56,327 bases of DNA, filler included, from Sluysia triapertura (GCA_046118255.1; 4 parts of 4 records of this genome joined end to end with filler, not necessarily neighbours in it), one strand, 5' to 3'. Shown: positions 14,021 to 26,999, numbered from the whole stretch's first letter. The notes: generated by a model not told the origin, from the letters alone. Translations and numbers: made by a program.

Positions 14021-14159
14021 TTTTATTAATAAACGTATGTTATTTTTGTAATACATATTACTTTATTTTGCACATTTAATTAAATAATTTTTAAACTATG
14101 CCGCCAAATTTTGAAATCTTTAAAATAGTGCCGCAACAAAAAAAGACTGAGAATCACTG
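14021..14159. mobile_element. hAT element terminus
   Basis: Two TGCCGC subterminal motifs, then AAAAAAAGACTGAGAATCACTG (cf. typical hAT end GTTGAGAACCACTG), followed by GTGTAGAT, a Charlie-like target. The other end is lost at the contig break. Confidence 0.5.
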
Positions 14160-14357
14160 GTGTAGATGTTGGCCTTAATCGAATTAGCAGTATTTTGAAT
14201 TTTCATCAGCATTATTGTACAATAGAATATCTGACTCTAATGCCTCTGTAATCTTCTGGACTCATCTTGGTACATAATTATATCTTAACTTTAAAAATTC
14301 GAAATGTATTTTCCGGTTCTAATTTATTATGAATGATTTGTTTTATTGAATCTATAA

Positions 14358-14675
14358 CTACCTTATTGTCTTCCAAACATCACAGAATTTGTATTTCAAT
14401 GAATTTAAGAATTTTACTGTTTCATATAAAGGATTTTTGGTTTGAACCAATGTAACACCATCGATTTTATCTAACATGTTGTCAACATCTAAATAATTTG
14501 GATGATTATCTAGATCAATTGAACATTCTGAGGTATGCAAATAAATTTCAATAGCTATGCGAGCTGCTTCTATATAAAATTGATGGTTTAACAGTACGAC
14601 GTGTGAAGGTAATGATGACTTACGAAGACATTATGGATGAAAATCAAATAGATTGTCTATCATTAAAAAGTGAAT
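14358..14675 (-). pseudogene. NAA15: NatA auxiliary subunit (NAA15/NAA16) fragment, disabled
   Basis: Translation [63 protein letters not shown] versus NAA15 HF.[59 protein letters not shown]. TAA at 14631-14633 replaces the conserved Tyr, and there are internal deletions. Confidence 0.75.
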
Positions 14676-16169
14676 CATACAACTTTTGGAGAAATTCATT
14701 ATCATATTAATTTATTCTTATATAATGGTATTTTAAAGTTTAAAGAGATTTATGTGCTGGATTGTTTAAATGTTTTTGAATTTAATTTACATTCTATAAG
14801 ATCATAACGATTAATAATTTTTGTAAATACTCATAAAATATATGATAATTTGTAAAAAAGTAAAATTATCGTAAATAAATTAAATAAATAATAATATTAA
14901 AATCAAATGGTAAAATAAATAAATTTTAAAAGTTTTATAGAACAAATTATAAAAATATTTAATTATAAATTGTATCGAGAATTTATTAATAATAAAAAGT
15001 TTTGCAAGTTTTTATAGTCACAAATTTAATAATTATTTTATTGGTTGTATATTGTTCATATAAAGGCAAGTTAGTACCACAAAAAATTAACATAAAATTT
15101 TAGTAAAAAATAAGTAAAAGACGCTCAAAGGGAATCATGCAAAAGTGATCATTATTCTTGTCGAATTATTTGAAAATAAATCAATAGTTCCAGAGATTAT
15201 AACTCAGTTATAATGGTAAGTTTAATTTTGTTAGGATCAATCTTACCTAAGTAAGAATTAAAATACACTCAAACTCAATCTTAAAATCATAGTTAAAATT
15301 AAAAAATAAATATTTGAAGAAATCCTAATATTTTAAAATATAATCATCATTATTATAATTTGTGATAATTAATTAGTTTTTGACGTATTTTTATAAGCTA
15401 AAGTGTTAGATATTTGTAATCAATACATATTTCATCTTTATTTGTTATTACTCAATGATAAAATAATTAACTCAGTCCCAAAATACTTAAAGTCATTTAA
15501 ATATTTTTAATCATAAAAATTAAAAGACCCTCAAATAAAAGTTTCTTTTGAAAGAATCTTGACAGTATCTAAGATAAGCCTTCGAAATCACCAATAAAAT
15601 TGATAGAGCATTTTTATAATAGCACTTCTGATCTTTACTACGTTATATGTTATTCATTATTTATTATATACTTACATTCAACAGAATTTTGAGAACTAAT
15701 AATATGCAACGAAATATAATGTTATTCTGCTATTATTAATTACAGTTGCAAACGGATCACAGAAGGTTTATAGATCCAAAATACTTTGATTTTTACAATG
15801 ATGATACGGAAGTACGTATATGAAGCACTTAATTTTAATTTGTGGAAAATCCACAAACATGTCATACCTAATATGTAAAGATTTTCTACTTTCTGAAGAT
15901 AAACATAATAATATATGTAAAGAATCAAGCCAAAGAATCAAATAATTACGTTATGCAATACAATGCAATCGAAAGATTCCACAATCTTAGAATTTTTAGG
16001 AAATGACCCATCATTAATTATTTTAATAGTAAGAGCAACATTGTTTATTATTGTATTAATCATAACCTTACTAATAATCATGATGTTCATATTGAACAAA
16101 TGCAAATACATAGGTTCATTACCTGATGATGACCATAACAATTATTAAGATGTTGCACCAAATAAAAAA

Positions 16170-16415
16170 AATTAGTTTAAGTGTATTTTAAGATTCCCTC
16201 GAAGGTGAATCTACGACTTATAAAAACTAAATTACTTATGCATGGAAAAATAGTAGTCGAAATAAGCGTAGAACTTTTCCAAATTATTTACTTGATTAAA
16301 TTATTTGTAAAACTTGCTCTAGAACTTGTTCTGAAAAATTATTCTAAAAATTGTGATTGTTAAATTTTTCCTTACCTATTTATATCCAGATTTTCTTAGG
16401 TGTCACTTTTGAGAA
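16170..16415 (-). pseudogene. Polinton-type (rve) integrase relic
   Basis: Minus-strand translation PKKIWI*IGKE.FNN..F resembles PKKL.TD.GKEFYN. FRTSSRASFT resembles F.KGY.PNWT, and RRFTFEGILK resembles G.FYE.EL.K. Heavily deleted. Confidence 0.45.
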
Positions 16416-18038
16416 ATTAATTTAATAAAACAAAATTCTTTATACCATTTAGTTAAAACAAAATTCTTTGTTTAATTTTATAAATTTAATAATTTTATTT
16501 TGGTAATTTAAAAGTTAACAATATTCGTATAGAAATGTATTACTCTTTTATCTTTCACGCTTTACTAAATCTAGTTATACTAATCGTTAGACGTTCTAAG
16601 AAATTAGTAAGCTTATATTATAACTAGAATGGCTTTATAGTAGTTTATTTAATTCAAAATTATCTGCAATCTACAGAAGATAAAGTAAACTTATGATACA
16701 AATTTGATATTAAAATTATAATAAACAACAAATATGTAACAAAATTTAAGTTTTATTATACAACAAAAGATAATTTAAAAAATTAACATATTATTAGTTT
16801 ATAAAAATTCGAAAAACAATTATCAACGATAAGCACAAAAATTTATAAATAATAAATTTATAATAAAGATAAAAATTGAATTATATTAAAGGTCTAGCCC
16901 AAAGACCTTTAATGATTTTATAACTGACCTTAAGGGCCAACTAAAGATCAGAGAATTTATATTTTAAATTGATTTAAATTGGCCTTAAGGACCAACCGTA
17001 CAATTAAATATTTTACGCATAGATTTTAACTCAAAAAATGAGTTTTCAAACTATATGTAAATCGTAAATCGGTCTCTAAAAAATATATAAATCAAACAAA
17101 TTAAACTAGCCAGATTATGGTCTAGTTTCTAAATCAGTTTAAGCTAGCCGTTTATGGTCTAGCTTACACGTTAAAATATTTTAGTGATATTAGACTATAA
17201 ACAGCTTTATTAAGGTGCAGTAAATTAATCAATAATTTAGTTTAAATTTATAAAATAATGTAAATGGTCGGCAAGGTATACAAAATAATTTTACGTAAAT
17301 GATCGATACACAAAAATATAATAAAAATACTGAGTTTATAGAGTCACTTAAGAAATAGAACTTTCTTAGTAAAGTTTAAAAATTAAATTAAACAACCCTT
17401 ACTAAGGTTTTGTATACAAGTAGAGGATTTTAAGTATATTTTTATTCTTCCTTATATGGTAAGAATATAAATCTTAAAGTCAAAACAAATTACTTTTAAT
17501 CATGGAATTGCAAGATGGCCAAAATATTGTTCCAATTTTTTGATTAAACTTTCTTTTATTTTCTGTGTAATTCCATTGTAAAACAAAAGTATTTATATCC
17601 AAATTTCTTCAGCCATATTTATTATTTATTTATTTATTATTTTTTAATCAACCATGCGTATTTATTTATTCTTTTACTTTATTTAAACAAATGAAATGAA
17701 AAATATTTTATAATTTTATTTTGAAATAGATTTATTATTTAATTTTATTATTTTAAGTTAGAAATTATTTTATAAATTCTCTTATCACTAAATTAAGATT
17801 ATTTTATAAAATTAAAATTATTTTATAAATTTAAATATAATATTTATAATATTAATAAAATTAAATATACAAACATGACGAAATAAAAAGCGTAAATTGT
17901 TCAATAAAATATTGTTCATGACAAAAATAGATGATAAAAATAAATATCGTTCTTACAGTAATTAATTTTATTTAAATAATTTTTTGATAATTATTATATT
18001 TTTAATTAAAAAATTTTGACAAGTAAAATTATTTTAAG

Positions 18039-18986
18039 ATACAAATGGAAAACAATTATTGTCTATTGAAATTGAACAAATTTTGGCCTATAGAGATGCA
18101 AATTTGGGAATAAGAAAAATGGATTTTTTCAGGATCCCGAGAATTATGGCAAGAAAATAAGAAGAGGGTTGAAACCAAAGTTGACACCTAGAGACAAAAG
18201 GAGCATCTTCATGACGTCACTGACAGAAATGTCTCTAAAACAGATTAAATTGGTCCATCAGCTTCCTTGTTCAATAAGAACTGTCCAAAGGGTTGTAGGC
18301 AACTGCCAACACTTAAGATATTAGAAGAGGAAGCCCAAACCAAAACTCACAGCAAAGCACAAGTAGGCACGGGTCACCTGGGCACAATTATGCATATCAT
18401 GGATTTTAAAATGGCATCAAATTATATTCAGTGACTAGAAAAAATTTAATCATTATGGCCCCAATGGATGCCAGTTTTACTGGCATGACCTGAGGAAGAG
18501 TCCGGATTACTTCAAAAAACGTGGATTCGTAGGTGGTTCGGTGATGGTCTGGGCAGCCTTTGGTTGGAATAGAAAAACAGAAACTGTGTTCTTAGACGGT
18601 AAACAAAACTCACAGAAGTATATTTAAACACTCAATGACTTCCTCATCCCCATCGCAGGTCAAATTGAAGACTGAAACTGGATCTTCCAACAAGAAAATT
18701 GTTCAATCCATTGTTCCGCGGAAACAACTAAATGGTTTGAAGATAACCAAATTCGGGTTTTAAGTTGGCCATCTTGTATCCCGGACTTAAACCCCATTGA
18801 GAACCCCTGGGGTTTACTCGTTCGGAAGGTTTACCGGAATGGACACCAATTTGACAATGTAAGGGATATGAAAGCAGCCATTCTTTCTACTTGGGAAGAA
18901 ATCAGCTTGAGGAGATGAAAAATCTAGTAAGCTTAATGCCTAAAAGACTTATTGAAGTCTTAAAGAAGAATAGTGACTTTAATTAA
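18039..18986 (+). pseudogene. Tc3-like (Tc1/mariner, DD34E) transposase, disabled
   Basis: Manual translation: NGKQLLSIEIEQILAY..QDPENYGKKIRRGLKPKLTPRDKRSI..WHQIIFSD*KKFNHYGPNGCQFYWHDLRK..GGSVMVWAAF..WIFQQENCSIH..WPSCIPDLNPIENPWGLLVRKVY..MPKRLIEVLKKN. There are 34 residues between the second catalytic position (mutated D>E) and E. Several in-frame stops and frameshifts. Confidence 0.92.
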
Positions 18987-19737
18987 ATGTCGTTTATCTG
19001 ATAGTTAAATATTTTTGTCATAATCAAATTAACGGATATAATTTTTAATAAATTATATTATTTTTTTATAATTATTCAATAATTATTATATGAGATGCAT
19101 TAAAAAAACTAATGATGTTATATATCTGTCGTCCACCTTAGGACAACTAATTAGTAGTTATGTACATTTAGACCACTTTAATTACTCAAAAGCTTTTATT
19201 TGGTATTGCAAAATCTGTTTTGTTATAACATAAACATTTGCGAATCATTAGTTGTTGCATAAGGAATTCCAAGAATATTTAACTTTTTATCTAAAATTAA
19301 ATTTATAAAACTATTCTACAATTTTTTCAAGATTTATTTAAAAAACAAAATTAATTTTATGTCAATCGGAATAATTTTTAATGCGTATTATAAACAGTGA
19401 CTTAAAAACTAATGACCACATTAATCATTCATTTAACTTTAATTATATTAATTATTCATTGAAACTATAATGATTCCCAATAGATAAATAAATACAATTT
19501 CTTTATTCTATTTAAATTCGTCATCAATTTATAAATTCAAAAAATTTTATCAATAGTTTAACTGAATATGTTTTTTATTTTATTAAATTTCATTTCATTT
19601 TCATGTTATGTTTAATGTATGTGACCTTATAAGTTATTTCCAGACATCTAATATAATATAAATTAAATTATTTCGACTAAATTAATTTTAATTTTATAAT
19701 GTAATATATTTCAAAATAATAGTCAATATTTAAAAAT

Positions 19738-20841
19738 ATGACGCATAATTTTCCATTACCAGATTCGTTTGTTGAAACATTACTTGAATTAACATGTCTT
19801 ATAATGGCAAAAAAGCCCAGCAATTATATACAATTTTGTGAAAAATATTTTGGTGTTCTTATGCGCAAAGAAAATATCGATGTTCTCTTAGTCGATTCTG
19901 AACCAGCTTTAGAACATTCGCGTACCATTAGTTCTTTAAGCATAGAAACTTCTGAGTTAGAAATGCGCAGACAGGGTGTTATGGGTGAGCAAGTAGATCT
20001 TGAAGAAACTGAATCATTTGATGTGTTTCAAAAAACTGATGAACAAAAAACAAGATTAAAATATAATTGTTTAAAAATATCATTATTGTCTAGTTTATCA
20101 GATAAAGATTTAGATGAAGTTATTGTATATATGAAAGAAGTTCGTATTAAAACTGGTGATGTCATTATTAAACAAGGTGAACGTGGGGAAACATTTTATA
20201 TTATTGAAAAAGGTATTTTTGAAGCGTCAATTTCCAAAAACGGTGTTACAACACCAATTAAAACTTATGAAGATGAAGGTTCGTTTGGTGAATTAGCACT
20301 TATTCTAAATTCACCACGAGCTGCCACAGTAGTTGCTAAAAGTAATGGTATTTTATGGGCTTTGCCAAGAAGAGTATTTCGTCGGTTAGTATTAACAAAT
20401 GCTCAAAAAAAGCGTGAATTGCATACTCAGAGTTTATCAAAAGTGGCAATTTTACAGACATTAACCGAATATGAAATATCAAATATAGTTGATTCAATAA
20501 TTTCACGTGACTGTAAACCAGGAGAAATTATTATAAAGGAAGGTGAACCTGGTAAAGAAATGTTTTTCGTAATAAGCGGTACTGTAAAAGTATATAAACT
20601 AATTGGTGATTTTGAAGAAGCAGTTGCCATTTTAGGTCCAGGCAGTTATTTTGGTGAAGTTTCATTGCTTGCGCATTTACCACGTACAGCTTGTGTTAAG
20701 GCGATAGAAGATACACAATTAGCAATATTAGATGTCACTAGTTTTGAAAGATTAATGGGTCCTTGTATTGAAGTAATGAAGCGTAATATGGAAAATTACA
20801 GAAATCAGTGGAAAGAAACATTTTCTAAAACTAATAATTAG
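19738..20841 (+). CDS. PRKAR2: cAMP-dependent protein kinase regulatory subunit (RII-like, PRKAR2-type), intronless, 367 aa
   Basis: N-terminal RIIa-type dimerisation/docking domain (FPLPDSFVETLLELTCLIMAKKPSNYIQFCEKYF). Inhibitor site RRQGV. Two cNMP-binding domains with PBCs FGELALILNSPRAAT and FGEVSLLAHLPRTAC. RII-like C-terminus FERLMGPCIEVMKRNMENY. Uninterrupted ATG..TAG ORF. Confidence 0.95.
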   Translation: MTHNFPLPDSFVETLLELTCLIMAKKPSNYIQFCEKYFGVLMRKENIDVLLVDSEPALEHSRTISSLSIETSELEMRRQGVMGEQVDLEETESFDVFQKTDEQKTRLKYNCLKISLLSSLSDKDLDEVIVYMKEVRIKTGDVIIKQGERGETFYIIEKGIFEASISKNGVTTPIKTYEDEGSFGELALILNSPRAATVVAKSNGILWALPRRVFRRLVLTNAQKKRELHTQSLSKVAILQTLTEYEISNIVDSIISRDCKPGEIIIKEGEPGKEMFFVISGTVKVYKLIGDFEEAVAILGPGSYFGEVSLLAHLPRTACVKAIEDTQLAILDVTSFERLMGPCIEVMKRNMENYRNQWKETFSKTNN

Positions 20842-21479
20842 AAACTGATTTTTTGCTATTAAACTTCACTTTACAATTAAATTTAATTTTATATTTAAAA
20901 TGTAGTATTTAGTTTATAATAATTTCAATTTTAGTAAAAATAAAATAATTGAAATAAGATTTTTTAATTACAATTTTATTCTAGCAAGTTTAATTTTTGA
21001 TTATGGAATGAAAATGTACGGATGATAAAATTATGTAGTTCCTATTTTAATAACGTTAATTAAGTCATTAGATTATTTGAAGAATTGTGATTAATTTTTG
21101 TAAGCTAGTTTAACATTTTTATACCGTTCACTCAGAAATGTAATGTATGAACAAGTTGTCATTTAGATATGAGACATTTACTGTATTGATTGCAGAACTT
21201 TTAATAAGAAATATGAAAACTATTCAGTTTCAATAAAAAATTCATTAATGAAATATTTGTTTGTCATTCTGTGTTAGATTGCTACGGCTTTAAGATTTTT
21301 TCACAAGGAAAAGTTTACAATGGAAACTTAAATATAAAAAATTTTGAAAGTTAAGGAAATTAATATGGACATCTATTCTCGAAATTAAGTATTTTAATAT
21401 TCAAGACAATGAATGATTGATCATCAAAAATTATGGTAAATTTAGATTTTGATATTGTGTTGGGTGTTTGAAAGCGAAA

Positions 21480-22125
21480 GTTATAATTAATGTCGACAAT
21501 TTAGACTGTAAAAGATAGGCTTTCACGACTTAGCAATTCTGGTGCAGAAATATTGTAATAATTTCTAAGCAGCTATAGATCACGCAAGCTGTCGTCTGAA
21601 TTTCTCAACCATAAAGAATATCTCGCAAATGTATATGCGTGTAAATTATTTAGACACTATATTAGAACAAAAGTTTTATTGTATACCGACAATAAGCTTC
21701 TCACTTGCTTATATAATCAAAGCCGAAGTAAGTAGACTAAGTTATGAGAATTCGATTTGGAAATTATTTACAAACCTGGAAATTGTATATCTACATTAAC
21801 ACCTACGACAAATGTAATATAAATTTCATCCAAATTATGACAATTTCAAAGTCAAAGGTCCTAAAGAAATTATAAAACATCAAAGAAAACGAAGAAATTT
21901 CGCTTATTATGGCCACTAGGGTAAATGACACATTGATTGAGAACCAAACTAAAAGACTTGTGATTACCAATGGAAAACAATAGTTCATCGTCTCTGATTA
22001 CCCTATATTGATTCAATTTCATGGTGATCACTTATCGTCAAAACGTCAAAGATCAAAAACAAATGCTAATGGGAAAATATGGAGTATATCAAGAAATGGT
22101 GTAAGGTTTGTATAATTTGTTACAC
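21480..22125 (+). mobile_element. Ty3/Gypsy pol relic (RNase H + integrase zinc finger)
   Basis: One frame reads KEYLANVYACKLFRHYI..LLYTDNKLLTCL..EFDLEIIYKPG. Downstream is FHGDHL..WENM..IKKWCKVCIIC (HHCC). Confidence 0.8.
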
Positions 22126-22154
22126 ATAGCTTAAGAATGTAACTTAATGTTCAT

Positions 22155-24420
22155 TTATTCTTCAAAATTTTAATAGTTCGAATTTTTAAAAATTCATTTT
22201 ATTTAAAATTTATTCTTCAAATTCTTAAAATCATTAAAATTTGAAAATAAAATCATTAAGATTATAATGCTTTTATATTAATTTTAAATAAGATTTAATA
22301 GAATTAATATAAATTTAAAATTTAGTAGCAAATAACAATCAATTTTAAATTGAAATACTTAAGAAATCATTTTAAATTAAGAATTAAAATTTAAGAATAT
22401 CAAATCCGATTAGGATTATGATTCAAAATACTATAAAAACAACATGCTACTATTTCTGTATTATATGTATATTGGATACTATTTATTATTAAAATTATTA
22501 CTACCTACTATTGCTATATTATATGCATTGCTATTTATTACTATTAGATTGAGATGAAAATTATAGATACTACTATTTATTATTAAAATTATTACTAAGC
22601 AGACGAAATATTATGGATAAAAATTAAAATCACTAAACATATAATTTTATTAATATAAGAACAGTATAAATAGCGCAGCCAAAAAAAGATTCATAAAAAG
22701 TAGAGATAGAAAATAGAATTGATTATTTGAAATAAATTGGACTAAATAAATTTGGCCAAAATTATTTAAAAAACTGATTTTGAACTACACTATTTGAAAT
22801 ATTGAAAATTGGTTTAAATTATCGAGAATCAATCGGATTAAAATAGAAATTGACTTACAAATTTGGTAATTTGAATTCAACTTGCTGTTTAATTATAAAA
22901 GTAAGTGGTTTGTTTATAGTCTTTTGTCTGAATGGTAAAATCAAAAGAAAAATTTTTTATTTTATTAAAGGAAAAATTACAATTTCTTGTTATTATTTCA
23001 TTATAGATCTGTAAAATTTTAAAAATTATGTACCTGTTTAGTAACAGTTTTTTTACAAAACTTAAAGTATCTTCAAAGGCTTTTGTATAATGATATCTTA
23101 AGTTCTTTAATCTAATTCAAACTATAAATTTTATAAAATGTTGATATTCTTGAATGTTTTGTAATGTCTCTGCGTACTTTGATAATAATTTGAGTTTATT
23201 CGATTATGAATTATTACTCGTCAAAAAAACTTAAACCTCTTTAATTGTAGAATTTATTAATTCAAAATCTCTTAAGGATTATCTTATCTTATAGACTCGT
23301 CCTCTCCTTTTATAAATAAGCTTTATGTTTTTTAGATTTATTTTCTATGTAAAAACGTTAGCTCGGATGCTCGTTCCAATAACCTTGAATGGAACGTAAG
23401 TAAATTTTCTTTATTTTATTTAAAGATTGAAGTTTATCCTATTTAACACGAATTCGATAAACTCGGTAAAAACAAATATTATTTTAATGCAATGTAGATC
23501 AATCTTATTCCTCACACTGTTGACGCCACTTCCAACAACAAATAAAAGAAAAATTTATTTGCCAAAATTAATAGTAAATGAAAACGTCTTTTCAAATAAT
23601 TTTTCTCCGTACTTTTAATTTATTGATCAAGTATAATGAATAAGAATAAGAATATTTTTATAATTCGTTTAATTTATTGATCAAATATGTTACACAGTTA
23701 ATCAAGATAAATTTTGAAATTTATGTAATATTATGATTTTAGACGGAGTGCAATAAATATCACTTACGTCGATGACACTGATTAGATATAATAATAAATA
23801 GTGTTTTTCAAGATTGGATATTTTGATATTTAACGGGGAATTATCTCGCTATCTTCGGATCACCATTGATAGATCCTGAACAATGTTTTTGAATTCGTTT
23901 GCAGCAATAATCAGATCTTTAATACTCACGAAATCCTTCATTATCGATTGCTAATAGATTGTTATTGTGTTGTCTTGTGTATTTAATTGATATTTATATT
24001 GTAGTGCATTATTAGTTTGAAATTTGAATTTTATATGTATTTATTTCATAATCCTATACATAGTAATTTAATAGTACATAAATATTTACTAACAAGTGAC
24101 AGCAGTAATATATAAATTTTCTTATAAGTGAAAAATATATGATAATTTTGTTAATAATAAATTTAATAAACAGTAATATGCATTAAAATGATAATAATAA
24201 TAACTATTACTCTCAGTCCAAATATTCATGTTTTATTAAATTGTGATTACATATAATTTATATTCAATCTTATTTTACTATGATTTTTCTCGATTATAAT
24301 CCTATTAATTTTGATATTACATTATTCTTTTCTGTTCTGTCCAATCTTTAATTTAAGTTGATTTTAATCAAAAATAATGTTATTGATTTTTAATTACATA
24401 CTATTTTTATTCATTCTCAT
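22155..24420. repeat. Two oppositely oriented pieces of the same unclassified repeat
   Basis: Homologous to 2010-3650. 22155-22400 is direct and 23000-24420 is inverted. Confidence 0.6.
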
Positions 24421-25687
24421 TTTAATATAATTTTATATTATATTAGAATTGTTCAGATTTTATACTAATGCTGAGACAATTATGAATTTTTCTGGGTTCG
24501 CCTGCAATGTACGTTTTATATCTCAAGGAAGACGTACTCACAATGTGTCAAATGTCAGTAAAGCTACGTAAGAATCCTTAACAACTTGATGTAATTACCT
24601 AATATGTTTTTTCTTAATTTGCACGTTTAATCTATTATTCAATTATTACTAAGTTTCTTAAATAGCAAATTTACTAAATTAACAGTTTACAATAAGCTTT
24701 ATATTCGATTTTATTTCCAAATAGCAAATTTACAAACAAATTGTATACAAGTTTGTTATTGCAAATTATGAAGTTTGCGTTGTAAACTTATATTGTCTTT
24801 AATTTACGTTATTCTTTTATATCAACAAAGAAAAAACTTCTTTAACTAAAAATTTATTACGAATAAATAACAATATTAAAAAGTTTATACACCAAGAGTT
24901 TATATTTATAATTGATTTTATTAAAGATTTTAACTCTGGCGAATGCTTGAGTAAATTAAAGGTAATTTAAGTATATTTTGACACAAAGCTTATCAACGTG
25001 ATAACTTAACAAAATTAGCTTACTTATTTGACATTACAATTTCCAGTAATAAAAATATCCAAAACATGGTTTGTTCCGCGAAATTCCACGATAAAGTCTG
25101 ACGTGTCAATAACGTTTCCACCGAATAAGTTTTAAAAATATAATTTCTCCTAAAAAACTTGAGAAAAATGATGTTTTCGTGAATAATTTTCCAACAAGGT
25201 AATTTCAAAATTTATAAACAACTTTTTGATTTATTCTTGTGAGCGTTGTAAGCTAATTTTGTTCTTTTTATAGTTATTGAGTTTTATAGTTTGATTTTTA
25301 CCGTGTTTTTGTAAATAAATTAATTAATATTTTCTCCTGAAAGAATTAACGAAGTCACAAATTGAAAATAATATAAATTAATTAATGTTTTATACAATAA
25401 AAATGATTGATATTTTTCGAATGATTAATTAATGTTTTCTCTATGACGAACAAATAATTAATGTACGATAAATGATTAATTGATGTTTGTCGAATTATTT
25501 AATTTACTTAATAAACTTTTAAAATGAAAATTAAAATTTTGAAAATTAAATACATTTTACATTTTTTATTTAAAATTAAGTTTCTAAATTTACAAATTAA
25601 ACAAATTAAATTTCTATTTATAATTTTTACATTATTTACAGAATCATCTTTATGTACTTAAAATTTGATGTTATATTCTTTATATAT

Positions 25688-25787
25688 NNNNNNNNNNNNN
25701 NNNNNNNNNNNNNNNNNNNNNNNNNNNNNNNTTAATTAATTAANNNNNNNNNNNNNNNNNNNNNNNNNNNNNNNNNNNNNNNNNNNN
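25688..25787. other. Artificial contig spacer
   Basis: Identical 100-nt spacer. Confidence 0.97.
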
Positions 25788-26999
25788 AATAATAAAAATG
25801 AAGATGAAAAATTTAATTCTATATATATATTTAAATAAGTCAGAAGTTTTATTATTTCAATTATATTTATTTATATTTAAACAAACAAAACATAATTCAA
25901 GCCAATAAAAAATATATAAAATCCACAAGTCACACAATTCATAATCTACTGATAACATACGAACATTTCGAGTTTTATAAGTTGCCGTAGTAAATTTAAT
26001 TAGTTTTAAATTTAAATTTAATTATTAAATTTAATTAAAAAAGGAAGAGGTAAACTTCAAAATATTACAGATAATAAAATTTGATAACCAAAATAAAATA
26101 TAAAGTACGCATTCACGTTATTATATCAGTATTAATTTGGAGTTTACAAAAATCTGAAATGACGTCACATGAATCTCACAATTCAGTAACTAGAAATAAA
26201 TTGGTAACATTATTTCCTTAATAAATAAATCCATTTTGGAAGTTTTTAAGGAAAATATTTAAGAAAAATACAATTTGAAAATATCCAAATATATTCTATT
26301 ACTTATAGTCTATTTTTGTCATATACTGTATTTATATAATATTTGTTAAATGTTTACCTTCTTATTAAAGAAATTTAAACTATCTTAATTTACCTATTAA
26401 GAATTAAAAATTCTATCTTTGCTATCAGAAATTTGATTGACAAAATTACCTAGCGCATTATAATATTTAAAATAAATGAGAGTGTAAACATTTAATATTA
26501 TTTAAATAAAAGTTATAAAACATCTTCCAATTCAATTTAAAAATCATATAAAAAATATAGAATAATTTTAAACCTGACATTAAAACAAATGACTATGAAC
26601 ACACGCGCACACACATACTTATAGTTAATCATTAAGAACACAGTTATCTCCAAAATGGATCAATATTTTAATAATTATTATTATAACATTAAATATCACA
26701 ATAGTCATTATTGTGTCTACTGATTGTCGATTATTTTGTAGTTACACAAGTATATGTAGGTTAATTTTATTGATTGCCCAATATTACTCCAAAGTCACAA
26801 TATTTATTTCATTATAACCTAAACCTGGTTAAGCATAATTCTATATGTATTGAAGAATTACTTTTTGAATACAATAATATTTATATTTACCATCAAAATA
26901 AATTAAATGACTAATAACATTGCTAAAACAATAAAAATATCAACAACAACAATAATAATAATATGAATGTTAATTACACTGTTGTTAGATTTATTTAGT

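Noticed and set aside
14631-14633. Stop-codon reassignment (TAA/TAG read-through) suggested by many in-frame stops in conserved motifs
   Set aside because: The stops replace different amino acids (Y, E, W, Q) and co-occur with frameshifts and deletions. The intact PKA-R has no internal stops and ends with TAG.
17020-17080. Mitochondrial tRNA-like sequence / NUMT
   Set aside because: No convincing cloverleaf and no mitochondrial protein or rRNA motifs nearby.
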